This document shows positions 54,486 to 64,000 of a stretch of 64,000 bases of DNA, piece after piece; the first letter of the stretch is position 1; every line of letters starts with the position of its first letter. Under the pieces are notes generated by a model. That model was given only the letters and a program-made list of their open reading frames with translations, had not been told where the DNA came from and did not search any database. Origin of the DNA: Paraspadella gotoi (Eukaryota > Animalia > Chaetognatha). The DNA is taken from NCBI GenBank assembly GCA_051294375.1, contig CM119264.1, forward strand, positions 913,923-977,922, written 5' to 3'. The position numbers were made by a program, and so were the translations under genes.

Positions 54486-56800
54486 ATGAGAGAGAGATCA
54501 TTCTGTAGATCCGCGAACCTTCTTCAACGTCTTTGGACCGTGGATTGCTATTTCCCCTTTTTTTGTTTTCTTTTTTTTTTTTCATTTTTTAATTCTTTTG
54601 ATTCAGCGTTACTCTCTCTCTCTCTCTCTCGCTCTTTCTCTCTCTCTGGTTCTCTCTCTTTCTCTCATCTTCTCTCCTTCACACCTCTCTCTCTCTACCT
54701 TTCTTTCTTTCTCTCTCTCTCTCTCTCGACATCCGCTCCTCAATCTCTCCGCTGTCTCTCTCTCTCTCCTCCTTCTCTCTCTCTCAATCGGCGCCATCTC
54801 TCTCTCTCCACACCTCACCCTCAAATATTCGTGTCCGAACCTTCTCGTGCGATTTCTCTCTTTTTCGATTATTTGAGTCTCCCGTTTCCATGGAGATTCG
54901 AGGGTTCGGTATTTTGAGGTCGACGCAGGAAAAGAAAGATGGCGGATCGTCATAGAGGTTGACTTTGGCGTCATCACGAGAGAGGTCGTCATCATCGTAG
55001 TCATCATCGTCGTCATCATCGTCGTAATCATCGTCGTCGTCATCATCGTGGTCATAATCCTCGTCATCATCGTCGTCGTCATCATCCTCGTCATCATCGT
55101 CGTCGTCGTCATCGTCGTCGTCTTTGTCGTCGTTATCTTTGACGTTGTTGTCTTTGTCTCGTTGTCTTCCTCGTCGTTTTTTGTCATCGTCATCGTCATC
55201 ATCGCCGTCATCATAATCATCATCATCATTATCATCATCATCATCATCATCATCATCGTGTTGTCGTCGTCGTCGTCGTCGTCGTCGTCGTCTGTCTTAT
55301 GTTGCAGTCATTTTTTCGTCATCTTTGTTATTTAACTTTTTAAATAAATTGTTATATATTATATATTATTTATTTCTCGTTAACAGTTTTCTCAATATCA
55401 GTGAAGTTGTCATTGTCATTGTGATCATCTCACTCTCATTGTCATTGTCGTCGTCGTCGTCGTCATTGCAGTTCATCGACATCAACTTTGGTTGAATTCC
55501 ATCGCTGAAAATGCAAATGGCGTCGGAATTGACTTCGTGAAAGATTAAAACCATCTGATCCAACTCGTTGCAGGATTCTTTGCAATGAAATCAAATTGGC
55601 GCCAAACAAACGAAACTAACTTATACTACTAAATATATATATATATTATAAAATATATATATTAACCTGTGTCTTCTCACCTCTTTCTGTTTCGATTGAT
55701 ATATTTTAATGACTTTTAAACAGAAATGATGTGAATTAGAAAACTTGGGTAGAAATTTGTTTAACCTTGTGTTGTATAGATGCTCCCTTTAGATCCAGAA
55801 TGCAACAATAACATCCCCAATTCCAGAAATAAAAAATCAAATATAAAATAAATCAATAAAAAATAGTAAAAAATAAAGAGATTAAACAAAAAAAAAACAA
55901 ATAAAACAGTAAATAACATTAAATATTATGAAATCTATAAAGATAGAATAGTGAAACAAATAATTTTTTAAAAATTTTCATACATATTATTAGCTTCTTT
56001 TAAACTTGACTTAACTGAAACTGATTAAAATCAGTTTTAACTTGACTGAACTGAAACTGATTAGAGAATGAAAATGAAACAGCAGAAAATATTGATAATA
56101 AAATATCTCAATTCAGTGAAGTACATATGTAATTAAAATAAGAGAAGATAAAAAAGAAATTCGCAAAAATTCCACTAAACAAAGATTTGTCATAGGCCCA
56201 TATATTTAAATAAATAAGTAAATAGATAAATAAACAAATACATTTCTTTTTCTGTATATTTATACCAACAAGTAGTATAAAACAAGTACCGTTACAACTT
56301 TCACCGGGAAAATATAATTTAACACGTATGGCTTTGACTGTGAACTGAAAATCGTCTCGAACCAAAAATAACAATAATAATACAAAAAAAAATATTTTCA
56401 CATCAAAAATGAAATTGACTAGATTCACACTTAACGAAAAAAGCCTAGAACAAAATAGAATTCGCATCGGAGGCACCAAATGCCGACAGGTGCCGACAGG
56501 TGGCAACAGGTAGCACCAGGTGGCACCAGGTGGCAGCGTAAATTCCGATTCCCTTTTTTTTTCTTCCGCAATTTGACTTCATTTCGTTTGACGTCTTGGC
56601 GGATTTTTTTCCCCTTTCTTTCCCTTCTTTTTTTTTCTTTTTCTTTCTTTCTTTCTTTCTCTCTATCTTTGTTTCTTTCTTTCTTTCTTTCTTAGCTTTT
56701 CTTTTCTTTATTTCTCTTTTTCTTTTATTTAATTTCTTTATTCCTTTTAAACTTTCACCAAATAAAATCTCTCACCGGAATTTTCTTTCTTTTTTTCAAG

Positions 56801-56876
56801 GGTGCGACCCCAGCTCTACCAGGAAATACTGGACATGTGTAGAACCTGTACAAATGTAAATCCGCAACTCTCACAG
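56801..56876 (+). CDS. KIF21: KIF21-type kinesin coding exon 2
   Basis: tttcaag|G then VRPQLYQEILDMCRTCTNVNPQLSQ (KIF21-like RPQL..E....C..CT.V). Donor CAG|gtttg. Confidence 0.9.
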
Positions 56877-56897
56877 GTTTGGTTAAGAAATTTTACT

Positions 56898-56960
<63 letters not shown>

Positions 56961-57188
56961 AGAGAGAGAGAGAGGAGAGAAAGAGATTTGGTTGGGAAAC
57001 ACTCACTACTCTCCTCCCCTCCTTCACGCATTTTCTCTCTCCCTGTCCCTCTCCCTCCCACCCAGCTCTGACTTACCTCCTCTCCCTTTCTCCCTCCCCC
57101 TCCCTCTCTCCTCCTTCCTCCCTTTCCCTCTCTCTCTCCCTCCCTCTCTCCCTCTCTCCCTCTCTTCCCCTCCCTCCCCCTCTTTTAG

Positions 57189-57292
57189 ATCTCATTGGGC
57201 AACGAGCGTCGATTTTCCTTTGATTTCGTTTTTGGTGCAGAAACGAAGCAGAAACGAGTTTTCGATGCTGCAGCCAAGAACCTCGTCGAAGG
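57189..57292 (+). CDS. KIF21: KIF21-type kinesin coding exon 3
   Basis: ttttag|ATC then ISLGNERRFSFDFVFGAETKQKRVFDAAAKNLVE(G). Donor GG|gtaagt. Kinesin FxFDxVF motif. Confidence 0.93.
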
Positions 57293-57480
57293 GTAAGTTA
57301 TTGGGTCAGTTAATGGGTCATTTTAGGGTCAGGGTGATGCGGGATCAATGTTGTTAGTGAGGGAATTGAATGTCAGTTAATTGGTCAATTAAAACGAGCT
57401 ATAAATCAGTGGTAGATATATAGAGATAGCATAAATAATAAATAGAGTCACTAAACCGTGAAATCTTCTTTTCTCTTTAG

Positions 57481-57523
57481 ATGTTTCGATGGATTCAATG
57501 CAACGGTTCTTGCTTATGGTCAA
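57481..57523 (+). CDS. KIF21: KIF21-type kinesin coding exon 4
   Basis: ctttag|A then CFDGFNATVLAYGQ. Donor CAA|gtaagt. First half of the P-loop. Confidence 0.94.
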
Positions 57524-57641
57524 GTAAGTCGTAAGGTCATCACGCGACTTGGGTAGAGAAAGTAAGAAAGAGAAATAGTGAGAAAAGAGAAAGAAAGAAA
57601 GAATTACTAAGAAAAAGAAAGAAAGAAAGAAAGTAAAAATA

Positions 57642-57679
<38 letters not shown>

Positions 57680-57688
57680 AGAGAGAGA

Positions 57689-57737
<49 letters not shown>

Positions 57738-58337
57738 CAGCGGAATTTGAAAGCCGAAAAGAAAACTTATGGGCGGCGAATGAGCTCGAGAATTAAAATG
57801 GCTCTCTGATGAGAGGAGCGGGGGAGGATGAGGAGGAGGAGGATGATGATGAGAAGGAGGCGGGAGAGGAAGAGGAGGAGGAGGAAGAGGAGGAGGAGAA
57901 GGAAGAAGAGGAGGAAGAGTAAAACTAGGAAAATAAAAAGAAGAAGAAAAAGAAAGAAAAAGAAAAAAAAAATAAGTGAAGCAAAAAGCGTAAATTGTAT
58001 TTTTGTGTGTGATTGTAATCGCTCATGACATTATAACTAAAATTTGGTTTAAAACAAAAACAAAACTAAAAAAAAAGAAAAAAAAGACAATTGGTAAGTT
58101 CTCGTATTCGGCCGAGATGGGCGACGCTGACGAGAGAGGGCGGGGACCACTAGGGTCCGGCACCATCGATTCACCATACAGCACCTTTTTTCATGCACCA
58201 TAACCGAAGGGCGGTCGGGCGCGCCCAACCTCGCCTCCCCCCCGCCCCCTCTTTTGGGTCCGATGAGAATTGGAACGATATGATTGCTGGGAGGGAAAGG
58301 AGAGGGGGGGGAAAGGGGAGAGAGAGAGGAGAGAGAG

Positions 58338-58401
<64 letters not shown>

Positions 58402-59002
58402 AGAGAGAGCAGAGAGAGAGAGAGAGAGATGGGTGGGAAAATCGTCTCAGAAGACGAGCGTAAAAAGGCCCTAATGGTCTCTGATGGGGAATTAGTGGCC
58501 AAGAATAAGCTTAAAGGAAAATAAAAAAAGCCCCTTAGAGGCCAAGGCATTTCGTAGCCTTTCTTTTTTTTTCGTCAGCCTTTTTTGGTGAAAGCGAAGG
58601 CGGATAATCGATGCTCTTTTATTTTTCCACGGGTTTTTTTCTTTTTCTGTTCGATAGATGGAGAAATTTCATGTTTCGTTTTTCTCAGAATTTAATTTCA
58701 ACCTTAATATTTATCCTAAACTTTTAAACCATTCTTTGACACTTTTCCTATTCCCAGTATTCCCTAACCTCTAACTTTAAACACTAGTTCCTAATCCAAA
58801 TCTCTAACCTTAATCCCTAACCTAATCCCTAATCCCTAATGTTTTACTCACGAAATTAATATAGTTCCGAATTTAAAAATAAAATGCGGCGTTCTTAAAA
58901 AATAAGGTCAAATGACGATCACGTGTTTAAATTTGTGGATTTAAAAGCGGAAGAAACGAGATTCGTGAAGCTTTGATCTTATTCCCGGATAGACACGTTG
59001 AT

Positions 59003-59460
59003 AGTTTGGGCAGCGAGAACTCGCGCCGCAACTCAATAAGTCACTTTTCGATCAGTCGGTATGTCTGTCTGTATGTCTGTATGTCGGTAAGTCTGTCTGT
59101 TCGTCGGTCTGTCCGTTAATACTTCATCAATTTAATTTATATTTGGTTGTAGGAAAGTAAGGTACCGTAAGATTTATATCTACAAGTATATATGTACATT
59201 TTTTGAACAAGTATGTATCATATTTGTGTAGTCACTAGACCATATTATCAAGCGATCGAATGCCCTAAGATTAAATGCGGCAAAACTCACGAAATACTGA
59301 GGTATTTGAAGGCAGACCAGTAGGGTATCCGCGAATGATTGTTTTGCACCTGTTTCATACTTGCGTAGTCACGTGACCACACAAACAGTCACGTGATCGT
59401 AAAGTAAATGAGGCATATTTTACCTTAACATTTGGTCGTTTTGGTTGAAACTTTTTAGAT
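59003..59460 (+). mobile_element. HINE/DINE-1-like (Helentron-associated) interspersed repeat with (GTCY)n
   Basis: Begins gtttgggcagcgagaactcgcg (hairpin), then taagtcacttttcg and GTCT/GTCG/GTCC repeats. Related segments at ~2930-3090, ~38138-38210, ~49497-49575 and reversed at ~43560-43690. Family assignment is inference. Confidence 0.5.
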
Positions 59461-59619
59461 AAAAAATCAATCAAAATTCGCATATATTTCATTGTAATAT
59501 AGTCACGTGATTACTTGAAACAAAAAATTAACTAAAGCGCGACGCATTGGAAGAAAAAACTCCCGCTCGCCAGAAGTGACGCATCTTTTTTGAAATCTCA
59601 CAGATCATTTGACTCTTGA

Positions 59620-59812
59620 AAGATTTGGTGCGTTGTGACAGATTTTGTTAGTTGTGACAGATTGTTTTAGTTGTGACAGATTTTGTGAGTTGCGATAGAT
59701 TTGGTGAGTTGTGACAGATTTGGTGAGTTGTGACAGATATTATTAAATATGACAGATTTGGTGAGTAGTGAGAGATTTTGTGAATTGTGACAGATTTGGT
59801 GAGTTGTGAGAT
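59620..59812 (+). repeat. 19-bp minisatellite
   Basis: gtgacagatttkgtgagtt units. Confidence 0.88.
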
Positions 59813-59826
59813 TTCTACGGAAGGAG

Positions 59827-59850
59827 AAGGTCACCGGTTCGAATCTGGTT
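59827..59850 (+). mobile_element. tRNA-derived T-arm/B-box remnant (SINE-like)
   Basis: aaggtcACCGG-TTCGAAT-CTGGT forms a T-arm with a B box, followed by a GC-rich body to ~60040. Confidence 0.4.
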
Positions 59851-60095
59851 TCTGAGAGGGACATCTGGTCACGAGAAAGCAGCTGAAGAAAGGCGACAGC
59901 GGAGGGCAGCAGATGACAGCGCCCGGCGCGGCAGGACAGCAGCCGGACAGCAGAGGACAGCGGCCGGCGCGGCAGGAGGCGAAGGGAGGACGAGGTCCCT
60001 TCATTGGGGATCGTAGGTCTTACTTTCAAGACGAAGTCAGAATGAATGTCGATTCACATCTCTCGGTCTCTCTGTCTCTCTCTGTCTCTCTCTCC

Positions 60096-60127
<32 letters not shown>

Positions 60128-60144
60128 TTCTCTCTCTCTCTCTT

Positions 60145-60176
<32 letters not shown>

Positions 60177-60331
60177 CTTCCTCCTTCTCTCTCCTCTCTT
60201 ATCTCTCTTGTTTTTAAAAAGTTGCGGTTAAAGATTATGAGTAAAAAAATATTGTTGTAATTTGGAAATTTTCTTCAGATCAAGACTTTTTTTAATATTT
60301 TAAATTCCGCAGAGATGGAACAGAGAAAGAG

Positions 60332-60405
<74 letters not shown>

Positions 60406-60720
60406 AGAGAAGAGAGACAGAAGAGAGAAGAGAGACAAGAGAGAGAAAGAAGAGTAGAGAAGAAGAGAGAGAGAGAAGAGAGATAGAGCAGGAAAAAAAA
60501 AATCTTTTTTTGACGTTGAACGGTCTCGTGATTCGAAGCGCTAAAGGTCACGTGACCGCGCGAGGTCACGTTGGGTCAAATAAGAGCATGGACACGAGAA
60601 AAGACTTATTCAGGACTGGCGNNNNNNNNNNNNNNNNNNNNNNNNNGAGAGAGAGATGAGAGGAGATCGAGATGGAGAGAGAGGAGAGAGAGAGAGAAGA
60701 GAGAGAGGAAGAGAAAGAGA

Positions 60721-60751
<31 letters not shown>

Positions 60752-61739
60752 AGAGCAGGAAGAAAGAAAAAAAAATCTTTTTTGACGTTGAACGTCTCGT
60801 GATTCGAAGCGCTAAAGGTCACGTGACCGCGCTGAGGTCACGTTGGGTCAAATAAGAGCCATGACACGAGAAAAGACTTATTCAGGAGGCGAAAGGCGAA
60901 AGGGGGGGGGGAAAGGGCAGGGAGAGGGGAGAGAGGGAAAAAGAGAGAGGAGGAGAAGGAGAGTAGGGGGAGAGAGAGGAGGGAAGAAGGAGGGGTGAGA
61001 GATTAAAGGGAGAAGAGAGAGGTAGAGAGGGGAGTGAAAGGATGGGGGGGGGAGAGTATAGGTAGAAAAAGGTAATGCAGAGAAGAAAGGGAAGAGAGAG
61101 AGAGTGGGAGAGAAGAATAGAGGAGAAAGAGAGAGAGGAGAGAGACGACGAAGAGACAGAGAGGAGGAGGACGATCGAACGAGGAGAGACTAGTGAGAGA
61201 TGAGGAGATTCTATGGACGATGAGGACCGAGACGAGAGGAGAGAGAGAGAGGGCATCTGTTGTAAATCAGATAAAAAGAAAGAAAAAAAATAAAAAAATG
61301 TAAAAAAGATTATTACGAATCTGTAAAAAAAAAAGCTTAACCCATCATTTTGAAGAAAATTTTTAAATATAAATTGATGACATTCATATAAAAAATAATA
61401 ATATTATTACCCACCTTCGGCGTTATTATTATTTATTCCCAATTTCCCAGACATCCAGATACGCTGATACGGACAAACTGTTTATTATAAAAGTAGAAAA
61501 GTAGAAAAAAATGAAGATGACGAAAATAACGACGACGACGACGACGACGACGACGAATACGACAATGACTAATAATAGAAAATGTTAAAAGGTCAAAAGT
61601 ATTTTTGATTGAGGCCGGAAACCAAAGGTGAAGGTGAAAAATGAGTTTGAATGAGAAAAAGAAAGAATCGGAAAAAAGCTAAAGAAAGATGGAGAAAGAA
61701 GGAAAGAAAGAAAGAAAAAAAGAAAGAAAGAAAGAACGA

Positions 61740-61811
<72 letters not shown>

Positions 61812-62252
61812 ACGAAAGAAAGAAAGAAAGAAACAAAAAAGAGAGAAACAAAGAAACAAAAAAGAAAAGAAAAGAAAAGAAAAGAAAAGAAAAGAAAAGA
61901 AAAGAAAAGAAAAGAAAAGAAAAGAAAAGAAAAGAAAAGAAAATGTTTTATGCCAGGGTTTTGACCAAAGGTGATTCTTGGACCCAAATAAGAGAAAAAA
62001 AATTTCCAGGTGAAGTGAAGCGAAAAATTGCCTCCTACGAGCGAAAGAAATCCCAAAGTGGGACTTAAATATTTTTCTGTATGACATATCATTTATATTT
62101 ACTTCTTTTGGTAATTGACTAATTTGGTATGCTTCATACAAATTTCCGTAGGGATCAATACTAGGCACAGTTGTATGCTTCGTGATTGCACATATTTTCC
62201 GTCATTAAATGTGAGTTTGTCGCCTCAGGAAAAACGGTTTTTCACACTTCAT

Positions 62253-62387
<135 letters not shown>

Positions 62388-62615
62388 ACTGGCGCCGGTA
62401 AAACCTACTCCATGGGTACAGGGACAGACTCGGTCTTCGTCGACAGGGACGCCAACAGCGACGACGACGACGACGACGACGACGACAACGATGACGACGG
62501 TATTCTTCCGCGCGCGTTGCGCCATCTTTTCGCAGGGATGGAAACTCGTCGGAAGGAGGCGAGAGACAAAAGAACAACCGCGCCGGAATTTAAACTTCAT
62601 CTGCAATTTATAGAG
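62388..62615 (+). CDS. KIF21: KIF21-type kinesin coding exon 5 (P-loop, helix alpha2)
   Basis: (CT)n-cag|ACT then [76 protein letters not shown]. Donor GAG|gtgac. MGTG and P(D/E)FK...QF.E motifs are typical of KIF21. Confidence 0.95.
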
Positions 62616-62924
62616 GTGACGTGATAAAGTGAAATATTTTGATAAAGTGACATATTGTGATAAAGTTGTATATTGTGATAAATTGATTTTGTATTGAAGT
62701 GATAATGTGATTTTTGTACTGTTGTGATGCGGTAATAATGATGTGTCGTAATGTTGATAAGATTTAATGTTGTGATGATAAAATTTGATGATGGAACGGC
62801 GTCATGTTGTGATGGAGTAATGTTGATACATGATGTAGTGATGATGAAATATTGTGATAATAAAATATAATATAATATTGTGATGTTGTAATAACAGGTT
62901 GTATTGACCCACTTTTCACATCAG

Positions 62925-63044
62925 CTGTACAACGAAGAGATCGTCGATTTGCTGGAGAATCATCGAACGCAGCAGCAACAGCAGACGAAACAACAGCAAC
63001 AGCAGAAGCAACAGCAACACCAGGCGAAACAGCAAAATCATGAG
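62925..63044 (+). CDS. KIF21: KIF21-type kinesin coding exon 6; gene continues beyond window
   Basis: catcag|CTG then LYNEEIVDLLENHRTQQQQQTKQQQQQKQQQHQAKQQNHE. Donor GAG|gtaaaa. Confidence 0.9.
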
Positions 63045-63084
63045 GTAAAAAAATTCGGAATGAGGTTAATTTTTTTAGTTAAGT

Positions 63085-63759
63085 TAGAAGATAGGGTTAG
63101 AGATTAGATTAGGGATAAGTTAGGGTAAGAGATTAGATTAGGGATAAGGATAGAGATTAGATTAGGAATAAGTTAGAGTTAGAGATTAGATTAGGGATAA
63201 GGTTAGAGATTAGATTAAGAATAAGTTAGAGTTAGAGATTAGATTAGGGATAAGGTTAGAGATTAGATTAGGGATAAGTTAGGGTTAAAGATTAGATTAT
63301 GGATAAGGTTAGAGATTAGATTAGGGATAAGTTAGGGTTAAAGATTAGATTAGGGATAAGGTTAGAGATTAGATTAAGAATAAGTTAGGGTTAAAGATTA
63401 GATTAGGGATAAGGTTAGAGATTAGATTAGGGATAAGTTAGGGTTAAAGATTAGATTAGGAATAAGTTAGCATAAGATATTAGATTAGGGATAAATTAGG
63501 GTTAGAGATTAGATTAAGGATAAGGTTAATGGTTAAGGTTAGGGACTTGGTTTGTGATTAGGGTTAGGGATTTGGGTTAGGGACTTTTATCTAAGGTTAG
63601 AGGTTAGGGTTAGGTTTTAGGATTAGGTTAAGATTTAGAATTATAATTAAGGATTAAAGTTATGCTTTAGTTTATAAGTTTAAAAACATATTTAGATTAA
63701 ATGGTTAAAAGGTTAAAATTAAATTCTTGAAAATGGGTGCACTCTGGGAAAAGAGAACC
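63085..63759. repeat. TTAGGG-related minisatellite ending in the same TIR
   Basis: Repeats of gattagattagggataag(g)ttag(g/a), then aaatgggtgcactctgggaaaagagaacc at 63731-63759. Left TIR not recognised. Confidence 0.7.
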
Positions 63760-64000
63760 GGAAAATGTATTTACAAATTAATATATGAATTGATTAATCG
63801 AGGAATCACTTAAGTAGTGAAAGATGAATGAATGGAAAATTGAATTAAACGATAAATGAATGAATGGATGAATGAATGAATGTATGAATGAATGAATAAA
63901 AGAAGAAATCAAAGAAGGAAGGAATTTATACGTGAATGAAGTGTTTTTAAATTTAACTCACAACTCACAACGATTCGGTTCATAGAAAAACTCAGTGAAA

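Noticed and set aside
60490-60890. Tandem duplication of a ~130-bp unique segment
   Set aside because: The two copies flank a 25-N gap (60622-60646) and differ by small indels, indicating an overfilled-gap artefact.
63085-63660. True telomere or chromosome end
   Set aside because: The array is degenerate, intronic, followed by ordinary sequence and ends in a repeat-family TIR.

Overview
AT-rich, microsatellite-dense metazoan (invertebrate) genomic DNA from a gapped scaffold; the (GA)n/(GAC)n style suggests a leech-like annelid, but that is inference only. Two intron-containing genes can be rebuilt on the + strand. (1) The last five coding exons (3748-8288) of an ARHGAP39/Vilse-type RhoGAP, including a GC-AG intron. 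(2) The first six coding exons of a KIF21-type kinesin-4 motor domain (16089-63044, continuing beyond the window), whose first coding intron is about 40.6 kb as assembled. Much of that intron (~24.3-51.3 kb) looks like uncorrected long-read gap fill: an indel-ridden direct duplication, a fold-back palindrome centred near 28.9 kb, and exactly-25-N junctions. Nearly all ORF-track entries are microsatellite translations. The best non-coding signals are a Penelope-type minimal hammerhead ribozyme motif (21188-21221, - strand), a recurring small element with ~28-bp terminal inverted repeats around TTAGGG-like arrays, other MITE/HINE-like repeats and tRNA-derived fragments. I found no convincing evidence of a wholly new multi-gene system.
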